Source: Schmidtea nova (taxonomy: Eukaryota). Taken from it: a stretch of DNA of 64,000 nt. Positions 32,701 to 45,790 of the stretch are shown in pieces. A program made the translations under genes and the position numbers. Location: positions 349,680,001-349,744,000 of the forward strand of contig CM097883.1 in NCBI GenBank assembly GCA_044892505.1. The letters are read 5' to 3'. The first letter of the stretch is position 1. Every line of letters begins with the position of its first letter. The notes beneath the pieces were generated by a model, which was given only the letters and a program-made list of their open reading frames with translations, did not search any database and was not told the DNA's origin.

Positions 32701-35700
32701 TTGGTGGTTTGACCGAGAATTTACTCAGTATTTATACTATTTTGCGTTTGTTTTTCATATACTTGAGGGTTATTATTGATTGTCGATAAATGGCAGTATA
32801 TGCTCCTATTTTTATCTAAGTATTTAACACTTAAGAATCTGTGATTTTAGTCCTTAATAACTTAAATAAATTTATTTATTTCTATTATTACCATATTATT
32901 TATTAACTCATTGTTCGCAATTTTGTCCGTTCATCCGACTAACCAAAAAGATTTAAAATCATATATAATCCCAAATCAGTTAATCCAAAGGCATTACGAA
33001 CCGCACACACAGACGTGACCAAAACGAAAACACAAAACAAATGCTCACATAGACGAGACTAAAGTGTTATTAAAAATCTTAACGCACGCAGACGCGAAAA
33101 CTCACACATGCTCAGCCGAATCAATATTATTATTATTATAATTATAATTATAATTATAATAATTATTATTATTATTATGATAAAGTATATTTTTTGTCGT
33201 TAGCAGAGTTTATTAAAATATAATGTAAATGTAAAATTAGTAAGTTTTTCTCCGAAATGTTTATTTGAAAAAATATTTCGATCTTAAAGGGATCCTGATC
33301 ACTATAACACAAAAGTCTTTCCAATTGATTTATCACTTCTTTCCGAATATTTCATTTCTCCTGAATTAATTAATTCGTTTCATGATCCAAAAATATTCAA
33401 AAATTTGCTAAGACAAAATATACGTGGTCACGCCCGGTTGCTGCCATAATAAAAATGATAAATAAACAAATAAGACTTAAAATTAAAATTAAATAAATTA
33501 AAATAAACTTTAATTAATAAAAAAAACAGTTTGGATTTTCATTGGTATGAGAGGTTTCGGGGGAAAACCAGTGATAACAAAAATTTTACAGTCTATTCGA
33601 AATGTTTAATTATGTTTTATGATTTCTCAAGTCATATTAGTAAATGTCGGAAAGTAAAAGCAAAAATTTAATAACTGTGTCACAAATCGAACAGAATGAA
33701 AATTCTAAAATGTCAATTATGACATTGAATGCAAATAAAATTCATACCGAAATAGAAAATTATAATAAATAAAATAATGAACAAAATAATGAACATTTAT
33801 AATTAAATTAATTATGGAAATCAATTCACTTGCGGAAATATTATTTTTGAAGAGATATTTTAGAGTTTTAACAATTAAGAGAAGTGAATAAATAATTTTA
33901 TAAAAATAAAACAAATAACACAAACATAGCTAGATGATAATTTATTCTTAAGATTAGACTTTTCATTTACTAAATTATTAGATTTATTTATAAATGTATA
34001 ATTATTACCATTTAAGTAATTCTAAATAAAGTTTAACTTACAATGTTTCTTATCCCAATCTGACATCGTCTCACTCTAATCTGACATCGTCTCATCAATT
34101 TCTGACATTGTCCCATTAATTTCTGACAAGCGCCTGATATATATTAATATGACTAAAAAATTATTTTTTTAATAAAGCGAAATAATTTTCGTTGATTTAA
34201 AAAAACATTTTATAGTGGTGTCCAAAAAAAAGAAAAACTATATAAACAAAAAAGTAAGAAGTATACTTATGATTCACATTAGTATTTCTGAAAAGCAAAT
34301 CGAGATACTGCTTGTTTAATTGGATTTATGCCATTAGTTTAAGGGGTATAGTAGTTATGTTGCGGAATTTAGTATTTTATTAAGTTTATAAATTGTTTTT
34401 AAGGAAATTTGTTGAGCCCAGCCGAGTCTCCTGTAAAAAAATTTTGTCGGGACAGCTGGGGTGCTTGGTATGTACAATAACCTTTATTAAGTCAAACACA
34501 ATAAAACAAAATATATCTACTCACGAAGTAAAATGGATATAGTTCGTTTATCATAAATCTTCAATTTTCTATTTCCTTTTTATCAATTGTTGTTCTCTTA
34601 TTTTGTCATAATTCTGCTTCTGTAATTTTAGTTTTTGAAATTTTCCATAGTTTTTATTTCTGTTATTATTTTCTATAGTAATTTGTAATTTGATTTGTTA
34701 TTAATTTTTTTATTTCAATTTTTATAATTTATTATTATTTTAATTTTCATGGAAAATTTGCCAATCAACCAAAATAATAAAAAGGGAAGGGGTCATACTG
34801 TGTCTGAAAGGATGCCCACAATAATAACAGCGATTATAAATCAGTCTTTATAAATTAAATTAATAATAACAATAATAATAATAAGTATACAACATTAACA
34901 AAGGGTACCACATGTATACTATACACCTACCTTGTCAGTTATCACCGCAATTTTTACTTTATAGATTTTTATGTGTTACTATAGGTAATCATCACCCTCG
35001 GCGTTATAATGTCCAAGAATAAGCCTCAAATTTTTAGCACATTTTTATTTCAATCAGGTGTCCAATTTTGGTCATTTAAACATTTTTGATATTATGACAT
35101 TTTTTACATTATGACATTTATTCCTTTTATAACACAGACTACAAAATAAAATAAAAATTATTATGACAAAATAAAAAATTTATATAATTTAACTTTAACA
35201 ATTCTTCTTACTGATTTGCTGATACTTCCAATATTGCGATTATATAAATACAAATATAATAGCATTTTTAATTATTTCATAATTATTATTACCACTACTG
35301 TTATTATTATTATCATATGACATTGCTTCTCCCGCACTTAAAGATATTGACACTGATATTGACATTAATATTGACACTGATATTGCCACTGATATAAAGT
35401 GACTATGATTGATTTAAAACACCTAAATTTTCTAAAAAATATAAACAAATTAGTCCCTAGAGGGCTTTCATTAATTTAAAATACAATTATATAAAAATTA
35501 AATTACACATTTAAAAAAAATATTAAAAAATACATTTACCCTTTCAACAATAAATTAAACATTAAATATTAAACCCTATCAAAGACAAAATTAAAATTAA
35601 AATCAATTGTTATTGTAATCAAATAAATTGTCAAATAAATCAGATCATAATCAAAATTAATTGTCATCGTAGATTGTTATTCGAGATAAGTTGGGTTGGC

Positions 35701-36657
35701 TTTGTTATATATCTATGTTTAACCTTTATCTATTTGTCCTTATTTTATTTTATTTTATTTTTGTTAATTTCAAAGGCTTTTACAAATTTTCCTGAATCTG
35801 ACATTTACACGACTTAATAAAAATACTATTCAATATTGAAGTTTTTATATTTTTTAATCATTTTAACTGCAAGCTACTGCCCCACTTTCAATAGTTTATA
35901 TTAAAAAAAATTATTTTATTAAAATTTAATTAAAAAACGATCAACTTCAATTTCGTTTATCCACTTCCTACTACTTGATCTAACTTCGGTTCAACACTAA
36001 CGGTTGAACCTAAAAACACCATCTCTGAAAATGACATATTTTCTTCATAATTTTTTTCCGATTTAGTTGTTGTTTTTGAAACATTGGAGAACTTTCTCTT
36101 CTTCAATCTCCAATTCTAAAGTGCATAACTAAGAGATAGGTCGTATTATTTCCTTGCTACTGTATCGCAATAGTACCACCTTGGATTTGGGAGAATATCA
36201 TATTCTTTGTTAGGAATTGGTAAAATATCTGAAATATCAAAATAAAATTAATAAAATTTTAAAATGTAATAAAATTTTACAATAAGTTTGGTTGAACATA
36301 TTATATTTTGAAAATTGTGAGTGACAAAATCAAAATTGTTCATAATAATATAACAAATTTTATGCGATAACCAATCAGATTCAAGAAAGATGGGGATATG
36401 ATTGAATACTATTAATAACAACATATGACGTTCGCACAAATACATTATATGAGACAAATAAACAATGTAACCATGATGTTATACGTAACAATAAGAAACG
36501 TCTGAAACACTAAAAATAACAAACACACAACATATTTACGATTACCTTTCTTAAATGACACTACAACCAATAAAATCACAAACATGTTTAGCCTATTCAC
36601 ATAAGTCCTAATTTTATCACTTCTGCACCGTTAAAATCACAACTTCGAAAACCACCA

Positions 36658-36840
36658 ATGTCTAACATCTCCAAACATAAATGTCTTTGCCGTTCTACGA
36701 CCAGATGCTTTTGCTTTTCCAAAAATATAGTATATAAACTTACCCGTATAAAATGTGAGGCTTGTTACATAGGAGAAACACATAAAACTTATCGAACCAG
36801 ACTTAATGAAGACACTAAAAATAAAACTAGTAATTATTAC
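36658..36840 (+). pseudogene. GIY-YIG endonuclease fragment of a Penelope-like element, truncated at LTR B
   Basis: NIVYKLTRIKCEACYIGETHKTYRTRLNE matches the PLE VYxxxCxxCxxxYIGETxRxLxxRxxEH pattern. Confidence 0.75.
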
Positions 36841-38806
36841 TGCTGGGTTCATGGAGGGGTTAGATGAAAAATATTCTAACAATGACTAGGGATCCATCAT
36901 CCATGATCATGAATAAAATGCGTAAATTTCTACACTCAAGCGCCCTTGGTTATTTCCCTTTATACCCAAGATGGTGATGCGCAGGTGGTTAAACAATGAT
37001 GGGCAGGTGAGCACTTTTGCTAGTACTACTCCCCATTTATGTTTACGGGTTCATCGCTGCTGATAGAAGGACTTTGATAGAATCCTAGTTTACGCAATTC
37101 CTTTCGGGGAATGTGTCCCCAGTAGATCAGTTGGTTGGGCCTTCCTTCCGCATCGTTCACCCGTATTATCATTTGGCCAAACCTTTTAGAATATGGTTTA
37201 CTGGAGATCGGCCAGCCTGGGCCTCTTCGGTACATTACGAGGTCCCGTCCATCTGCCCAGAATGAAAAGGGACATTGTCGGTTGAAGCCTCGGCGCCATT
37301 TGTACATTTGTGCGTTTATTGTACGCAGGATCGGTGGTGGAAGTTCCTTGACTCTGTCAGCCGCTAATCTTTCATCGATCGCCTCTACCGAGTTTCGGAG
37401 ATCGGTTATCATATGGTATATTCCTGCTGTCGACATCTGTGTTATCCCAACTTCATTAACTTGTTATAGATATGATTTATTTAATGCAAAAAAAATTTCT
37501 TATAATTCAAGTTATCTTCGCCGTGATGTACCACGGTCGGAATAATGTGCTCATAACTTGTCCTGCGCTATGTACAGCGATCAGGATAACGATTAAAACA
37601 AAATTATTACTGAAATTCTTGCGCTATTTACAGCGATCAGGCTAACCTAATATGTATATTTAAACTGGAATTCCGTCGCTGTCTGGCGCGATCGGAATTC
37701 GGCTGATTTATGTATATGTGTGTCGTAGGGTTTACAATTCGGATTTAATTTTTGTCGATCAATATTCAGTGTTCTTATCGAAGTCATAAACGAATTTCGA
37801 GAAAAATGGACTTTGGTCCTCGGTTGAATTGATAATGGATATCCATCTAAATTGATTTTTCTGACTTTTTATTCAATGATAATTTATTCCCTGGGCCTAT
37901 GGTTGACGCGTTCTGCTCAACCTTCGGGTGGAGAGTACCTAATACCTCCTGGGTGCCCCTTGCCATCAGGCAGCCCTCTAATCACCTCCCTTTGCTCATA
38001 ACGACTTATCCTCTGTGCAATCATCCAAAATTTACAATCATAAATTTGTCAATTACAATCATTTGAACTATCTAAAATTTTACTGATTCTAAAAAGGTAG
38101 AACCGCCACGTGAGACCGTGAAGCCCCACAACGACGACTCGGGCTCCCTCGCCGCGTGAGCAGCCAAGGAAGCATAACTATATTCATTAATATGAATGAA
38201 ATAAAATAAAGTTAAACATAAAATTATAATTCAAATATAAATGTAAATCATGGGTACAACAAAAATTATTCAAGAATAAAAACAAATAAAAATTTTACTG
38301 TTCCGTACCGTGATCTTGGTTTGAAAATTCTCGAACAAAAAATCGGTTGATAATAAGAATTACGCTTAGAATGCAATTCTCCAAAATATATTTTATAAGT
38401 GTTATAGTTGTGATTTTCGGATCGGTATTTATACTGATGCGGCTGGTCAGATTGGCCAATCAGGATCAGACCGTCCATCAAAGTGATTCTGTTATTTTAT
38501 TTTAATATAAATATTATTTTGTTTCCTGTTCAGGTTTCTCGCTGGGTGGTCCTGATTTTTAAAGTAATTAATTAATTACTTGCACTATTATTTTATTTTA
38601 TTTACAATATTCTTATTTCAGGCCCCCTTTACTGCTTGTTTCCGTTTTATTTTTGAATTTTCCTTTTGCTGGAAATTTATTAAATATTATTTATTATTTT
38701 ATTCTTATTTTTAATTTGACCTTGATATTTTTTGTATTTATTATTTTATTCTTATTTAAACTTTTATATTATTTTGGTCGTTTCAGCCTATTTGGCGGGC
38801 CCAACA
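36841..38806 (-). mobile_element. LTR of family B (1966 bp)
   Basis: TGCTGGG...CCCAACA termini with multi-block homology to LTR A. Its first 17 nt recur at 61131. Confidence 0.8.
37026..37436 (-). CDS. LTR B-encoded YKWRR-family protein of unknown function (136 aa)
   Basis: Intact ORF (LRTINAQMYKWRR..CPFSFW..YRRGPGW..GRP..IYWG), homologous to the split gene in LTR A. Confidence 0.7.
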   Translation of the reverse strand: MSTAGIYHMITDLRNSVEAIDERLAADRVKELPPPILRTINAQMYKWRRGFNRQCPFSFWADGRDLVMYRRGPGWPISSKPYSKRFGQMIIRVNDAEGRPNQLIYWGHIPRKELRKLGFYQSPSISSDEPVNINGE

Positions 38807-39647
38807 TCACTCGGGGACCCCTAAAATTGCGTCCCGCAATTAATTATACATAACTACTTACATCATCATACCTAAAAAGGTTATAGAAATATATACATAA
38901 ACATACAGTCACATAAGGTGATCAAATTTAATCATATTGAGTGTCAATTGATAGTCAAAATATAATACAATTATTGTCACGAATAGTTCAATGTATATCA
39001 TGAATGTTTTATACAATTTGTTCGATTATCTGGCTCGCTTTGGGTTGGGTTCGGGTTTTCTCATTGATTGTTGGTAGTTCATAGTGGGTTTGAATTCGAT
39101 TGAGATGGCTCTTCATTCGTTTTAAGGATCTGTTATCTCGCCTTGAAGTTTGATTGAAGATGACTTGTTTCTGCTTAAGGATTTTTATTCTGTAAGAGGC
39201 AATCAGGATTGTGATTGCAATGACAGTTACGCTGATTGCGAGGATTATTATGATGGATATAATCCATTTCTCTTGGTATTCTATTTCGGCTTGGTATAGA
39301 CTTTTTATGGGTTCTCTACCTTCTTTCAGGATTTTTCGGATCTCTTTTAATTATTTGTTGTTTATCGAGGATTTGCTGGATTTGCTGGTCTTGATTATAG
39401 GGTACTTTCTGTCGATATTCATTGATTTCTTGAATTACTTCACTGATTAGGTTGTCTACTTTGTAGATTTTGTCGGGTAGGACTCGTAACTGTTTCTCGG
39501 TGAGTTGTAACTCTTCTCTTTATAGGGTGATGGTTATTAACCATAGGAGTAGTGGTATTGCGAGCTTTCTCATCTCTTTCTTTACACATGGGTCAATACA
39601 GCTTGACACTTTTTACATATTTTATTTACACTTAATTTTCGCTTTGT

Positions 39648-40707
39648 TTAAATCAGGGTTTCATTTAGTTCGTGGAAACCTTCGTATTGCGGTTCCACCT
39701 GATTTATGGGGAGTGTCATCCATATCACCGTACTCCTCCACATTCCAACTTCCTCTCGGTATGTGTGGGATATCTGGATTTCTTCAACTAGTAAGTATTC
39801 CAGATAGTTTGCCTGCTCTGTCAGGGTTTCTATTTGTTTTTCTAATTCTGTTAATTTTTTCTCTTTCTCTTCCTTCTCCATCATTTCTGTTACTGCTGCT
39901 GTAATGCTTGTTTCTTTTGTTGGTATTGGTTTTTCTGTCAGCTTCTTTCTCAGTTCTTCGTTTTCTTTTGTCAAGTTTGTTATGTTTTCTTCATAACTCT
40001 GTTTCGTCTCTTCAGTCTTTCTTTGGTTCTTTTTAATTCTATTTTCTTCTGGGTAATCACTCCTTGATACCCATTTATATCTCTTTTCATGTTTTCCTCC
40101 TTGTGATTCCACATTCCGGTAAGCATATTTTTTAGTTGTTCTTGGTTAGCTAAGTCTTCTCCCATTCTTTGCACTTGATAAGTTAGTTCTTTAATTTTCT
40201 TTGCCTGTTCCCGGATAAATTGTTGTCTCTTTTTATTCCATTTTTTATTTGACTTCTCTTGACTGATTTTCTGTCCCAACTCCTCTTTTAGTTCGTCAAT
40301 TTCTTTATATAATTTCCAGTCATCACTGTATGCTGTTCTTTCTATTATCTCCCTTGCTTCCTTGTAAGATTCTTTCGCCTCTTTCTTCCAGTATCTTGCC
40401 TGTTCTGTGATTGAATGAATCTTATGATCTTTTTTATCTGCTGTCTATCTCTCTCTTCTCGTCGCTCTTTCATCATTCCTCTGTAGTATTCATTCTGATG
40501 TTTTAACGTTTTGTAAACCTCTTCTATTTTTTCTCGACTTCTTTGATTTGCTTTCTCCGCTTCTCTTAGTAATTCGGCTTGTCTCTCAAATTCTTCCTGT
40601 TTCCGATAATATGCGTTGATCCATATTTCGATTTGCTCCATGTAATTACTGATCGCCTCATCTTGGTGTATGGTGATTTCCTGTAGATATACCTCTATAT
40701 TTCCCAT
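39648..40707 (-). pseudogene. Frameshifted long coiled-coil protein gene (three consecutive, partly overlapping ORFs)
   Basis: ORFs 40345-40707, 39980-40279 and 39648-40112 are all E/K/Q-rich heptad-like and lie in different frames. Confidence 0.55.
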
Positions 40708-40813
40708 TTCTATAATTACAGATAAATTTTAATCATTTTATTTTTTATTATTTTTGTTTATTTGTTATTTTATATTGTTTCTGTACATTTTATTTACATG
40801 ATCACTCCTCTTG

Positions 40814-42178
40814 TCACGACAACCATCCTTTTCTATTCGCTTTCTCGTTCCTTTCCATTTCTATGTATAAGGTGTCCGCATATAGTCGTTGCCATAGGTT
40901 TTCTTGCATTATAAACATCGGTTCTCCCGCTGCTAGTCCACATTCTGTTGTTGGTTTTTCGCTCGTACTCGCATGTTTATCTGTCTCAAAGAATTTTTCC
41001 ACCGGTTTTCCTACACTTATGATTCTTATAATGACTCCTACTTTCAGGGGCCATTCTATTAGGTCGTCGTATTCCCCTTTACATAGTGAAAAAAACATTG
41101 ACACATGTGTTCCTCGTCCTCTTCCGTCTCCATTTGGGTATAGTTTCAATCTCACATTAGCCCCGTTTTTCCATAAATAAAATGGTGGGCTTATTACTGC
41201 CGTTTTCGTCATATTTCGGGCGTCTGCTAGTTTGTCTCTGAAATCTGTTGTTTTCCATAAATAAGGTGCAATTGGTAAATCCTTTCTCGTCAATTTCTCG
41301 TATTAATTTGTTATACTGTACTTTCATTTCTTTTCCCAATTCTTCGATGGCTATTATTTTTTCTTCCATCTTTTCGCGGGTTACTTCGAATTGTTCTCTC
41401 GTTTCTAATAGTAAGTTCATCATTATTTTATGCGATTCTACTTCCTTTTCTTGTTTCCGAATTGTCTGTTCTGATTCTTTTGTCGTTTCGTTTGTCATCT
41501 CAACGTGCGTTAGCAATGCTTCTTCCAGGTGTTGTTTCATTGTTTGTCGCGTCCTTTTTTCCTTGCATCCATGTTTGTTATATGGACATTCTCTTGGTCT
41601 CTCGGTACATACTTCCAGTGTTCGTGTAAATTCATTTCTTCTGTCATTTTACATTTGTTTGGACATTTGCTTACGTATTGTCCGCATACTTTCTCCTCTG
41701 TTATATTCAGGTGTTCTTCGATTTTTTTCCTTGTTTCTCGAATTCCGCAGTATTCGCATAAGATTTCTTCTTCTTTACATTCGTCTTTGTGTTCTTTATT
41801 CTTTAGAATTATTGTTTGTTGACACTTCTCGCATTCGGTTCTCTTCTCGCAATTTTCCATATGATTTTCCAGATTGTTTATTTGTCCTTGCCATCTACAA
41901 GGTGTATTTACACATTCGATTACTGTGCTCATAATTTCTCTCTGCGTTGCTTTATCCGATCTGGTTTCGCCCCACACTATTATTCCTTCTTTATATTCTG
42001 GGCATGCTGTTATTCCTGTTGCACCTAATTCTTGTATGCATTTAGTACATATTCTACATCCACATATAGTTTGTCTAGGTTTTCGTAGTAAGTTGTTACA
42101 ATTCCCGCATGTGAGCCTCTTGCTCCATTTTCTGTTTTCAGATCTCAAAATTTCGACTACTCGTTTTTCCCTGTCCAT
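40814..42178 (-). pseudogene. Intronless TRAF-family gene (RING, TRAF zinc fingers, coiled coil, MATH) with two frameshifts
   Basis: CGNCNNLLRKPRQTICGCRICTKC; CVNTPCRWQGQINNLENHMENC; SPPFY...LKLYPNGDGRGRGTHVSMFFSLCKGEYDDLIEWP is a TRAF-type MATH signature. Confidence 0.9.
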
Positions 42179-42269
42179 TTCTACAATAATATATACATTC
42201 GACTTGTTGTTTATTTTTGATTTTTCTTGTTTTTATTTTTACATATTTAAAATTTTCCGCTTTATTTAT

Positions 42270-42626
42270 CTATGGCTTATTTGTCGAATCTGGTTCCAGC
42301 TCGTTGTTTAATCTATTTATTACCCAACTCATCCATCCTTCTTCGGATTCTTCCCTTTCTCCTCTTGTTAAACGGTTTATTTCTACCGCTTGTCTTTGAT
42401 TTATATTGCTTATAGTTTGATTTTCTCTAGTGAGCTCAGTTATAACTCTTTGTTGTTCTTCTATTCTATGTAATTGTTCAAAACAGTTGTTATAACTCTC
42501 CGATAATAGAATTTGTCTTTCCACTAGTTGGTTTTGTAATGAGTTGACTGTTCGTACCATTAAATCGCACTGCGCTTTCCATCTCATGGCCATAGTTATT
42601 TCAGTTGTTTCGTCTTGTTCGTTCAT
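42270..42626 (-). CDS. Short coiled-coil ORF, unknown function
   Basis: 118-aa heptad-rich ORF co-oriented with the neighbouring cluster. Confidence 0.45.
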   Translation of the reverse strand: MNEQDETTEITMAMRWKAQCDLMVRTVNSLQNQLVERQILLSESYNNCFEQLHRIEEQQRVITELTRENQTISNINQRQAVEINRLTRGEREESEEGWMSWVINRLNNELEPDSTNKP

Positions 42627-42751
42627 TTTCTAAATTATATACATCAATCACTTTCTCGTTTTCTCTTTTTATGTATTTTATAATATCGATACCCATACTA
42701 TTACGGTAATGCTTTGTTATTTACACTATTATTTACAGTCATAATCCGCCC

Positions 42752-43233
42752 CTATATACTCCTTACTATCCTTTCGTTGTATCTCTCTTCATCTTCTACT
42801 TGCTTCCAAAATTCTTTACCTTTCGTTCTTCTTTGAAATTCTTTCTGTATTTCTTCTGGTATTTCTATTCTTTGGTTCGTAATTTTAATATCTGGCCATT
42901 GTATGGCTATTGTTTTATTTTTCCTCCTGTATATCACATATACTATTATGCTTGTTGTCAGTATTCCACACACTATTAATATTCCCATACTAATCGATCC
43001 TATTACTACTTTTCCAATGCTTGTTTCTTTGGTTTTATTCTGATTTACTTTTATCTCATATTTGTTTTGGGTTTGAGCCTCCGGCTTCTTCTTAGTTGAT
43101 AATTATGTTGGATGAAATGAGTTACAACTCGCTTCCATCGTCCGAGCTGTAAATCATGATCCTCCAAGAAAGTTAAATCAATGGCACTTGTGTACCCATT
43201 ACTATCTTCATTAGCTATGCTGTTAATATTCAC
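42752..43233 (-). pseudogene. C-terminal remnant of a single-pass membrane protein
   Basis: GILIVCGILTTSIIVYVIY followed by RRKNK. The upstream ORF 43051-43233 may be a broken ectodomain. Confidence 0.4.
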
Positions 43234-43592
43234 ATTACGGCTACTCTTTATCTAGAGACGATGTTATTTCATATTATCATTGTGTCTTGAGAATTTTCAG
43301 CCAAATAACAACCATTTAATTTTAACAAAACAAACAAAAAATCTTTTGACACTAAAAAATTTATTACGCAAGTTCACATCCAATATCTATGATAATAAAC
43401 AGTTGCGACCTTAACGTCATCTATAAAAAATTGACCTGTTAATATTTTTATTTTAATTGAGGATCACAGAACTCATTAATCTTTTTTGATTTACTAATAT
43501 CGATCTACTCTTTTATTTTATTTTCATGGCATTAACATCAACTTATGTTGTTATTTACTTAAATCATTTCATTAGCACTGATTTATTAATTT

Positions 43593-44768
43593 TGGCTGTG
43601 CGTTCAAAATTTTATGAATTACAGTTTTTCTTTACGTTTCAGGCTAGGGTCACGCATCAATGCATAAATACCCATTGTACTTATACCTGTATATATTCAC
43701 TGGTAAATACTGTTGGCGTGTTGTAGGTTTTCAAAATTTATTTATTTCCTAACGAGCGTCTTCCTAACTCCGCTTGGAATTATAACCATATAATCTATTA
43801 TCCGCTCTACTTTCTAGGGTTACAACACACACATAAAAAGATTTACTGTTCATACACCCGTAAGTACCCTATTTATTTTCGTTGGAAATGTGTATAACAG
43901 CCGACCGCAAATCAGCAGATGAGCTCCTTCACAAGAACTACTCCTGATTTGTCGCATCGTTCGGATTCTGCTTGACCGATAGAAGGTCTTCTCATTTCAA
44001 CTCCTCACCCGGTCGTAGGTCTCTCATTTAGGATGATCGTATTACTCTAACTTAACCTATTCTCTATAGTGATTCTTGACACTTCATGACTCTACTCCTG
44101 TTCATATACTTTCCATACACTATCAAAATTCAAACTGTAATAACTACGACGAAGATTTGTACTAGATTTGTACAACGAAGATTTGTACATAGATTTGTAC
44201 TAAGATTTTGACTTTAATATTTCCCCCGTTTAGCTTGGATCGATTGGCGTCAATTTCTGCCAATTTCTGTTTCAGTTTATGTCTTCGTTGGGCATGAGAT
44301 TTTCGGCGAGTCCTCGTTTTGGGCTTTGCTTATCCCGTTGTTACTTTCTCTGTTCTCTCCTCTATCTCTGGCGCGGGGAACCATTTTCGAGCGTTGTGGG
44401 TCTAATCATATCCGCTAGCTGAGCGGCTATGAAATGCTTGGTAATAATCCGGTGACAGTTATTAGCCTCTATCCGGGCTGCCTCCAACTCAACGCGTTGG
44501 TCTTCGATCGTGTCGATAGCCCGTCGTAGTCTCTTTTGCAACTTTCATCTCCGCAGGGGCGAAGTAACTTTCCTCCAATTCGATAATTCTCCGTTTCAGT
44601 TTCCCGATAGTTTTCATTTATGATGACGTTGGTTCCCTTGAAAATTACAATTAATACCTCGCATTCCACACCCTGATCATTCTCCAGTAACTATTCCTTG
44701 AATACCTCTGTTAGAGACAGTGAAAATAGTAGAAAAATATTGAGTTAGATGAAGACTATAGCATAGGG

Positions 44769-44833
<65 letters not shown>

Positions 44834-44850
44834 CTAAACATACACATAGA
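43593..44850 (-). mobile_element. Second degenerate family E LTR-like unit with Arg-rich ORF remnant (44200-44669)
   Basis: Homology to 3114-3900. The remnant ends ...RRKSHAQRRHKLKQKLAEIDANRSKLNGEILKSKS*. Boundaries are approximate. Confidence 0.5.
44773..44831. repeat. (AT)n microsatellite
   Basis: Direct inspection. Confidence 0.97.
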
Positions 44851-45360
44851 TACATCATCTAACAAGATCTCTCCCGATGAAAAGATGGAATTCAGATAAC
44901 AATCTATTGTATTGTTCGATAATCCTACTGTGTGACAAACTCATTCAACCTTGTGATTCAAATAACAATCTATTTTATCTTTCGACAATTTTATTGTGTG
45001 ACAAATTTATTCTATTTTATCCTTATTCAATCTATTTTCTCTTTATAATTATGATGACATCCTTGTAATTGTATTAATTGTTTATGTGATTGATTTTAAT
45101 AATTTTCTATATTGATATGATTAATCTGATAGATGTATATAAGGATATATATATGTGTATATATGGCAGCGATTTGGCCCAGGAAAAATGCATTTTATAT
45201 GTTTCGACAAATTCTCTATCCTCATCATAAAGGAATACCCAAACCCCTATACATATATATTTTAATTAATTAAACCCTCTAGGGGCTAATTAATTATAAT
45301 TTTTTTTTTATTATTAAAATAAATATTCTTTAAATTGACGCTAGGCGTCATTGCAATTAG

Positions 45361-45790
45361 CTCTTTCAGAGCAAACAGAAAAATAGGAGAGCAATGAATT
45401 GCTTGTACAAATAACAAGCACTGCTCATTGATTTCCAATCAATATTCCTATGATTGGGAAATCGAAAAAAAATATTTTTAAAAGAAAATTTATTGTTTCA
45501 AATGGTTTATTTGCCTCGAAGGAATTTTTTAATGCACAGAAAAAAAGGAGGTCATGTTCTTTTGTTTATCTCTGTAAATGGATCCGGTCAGTTCTGTGGA
45601 ATAGCAGAGATGACATCAATTGTAGATGAAAGCGTTGTGACTGGGGCTTGGGGTATGGATAACTGTAGAGGGAAATTTTTAGTCAAATGGATATTTTTGA
45701 AAGATGTTCCATCTCATATCGACGAAAGTTAAAACCCCAAAATCTAATTACTAATCTGCGAGATGCAACTGAACTCAAATCGGAAAGAAC
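45361..45790 (+). pseudogene. Decayed YTH (m6A reader) domain, YTHDF-like
   Basis: VLLFISVNGSGQFCGIAEMTS...GAWGMDNCRGKFLVKWIFLKDVP, then LITNLRDATEL after a break. Matches YTHDF FSVNGSGHFCGVAEM...WIFVKDVPN...VTNSRDTQE. Confidence 0.85.

Noticed and set aside
35940-36250. RTE/LINE RT remnant (FLGS-like motif); similar IFLGV at ~51600
   Set aside because: Too degenerate, with multiple stops; cannot be supported without a profile search.
37004-37012. U1 snRNA-like gene (GCTCACCTG on the minus strand)
   Set aside because: Only the 5' splice-site complement resembles U1; no stem-loops or Sm site follow.
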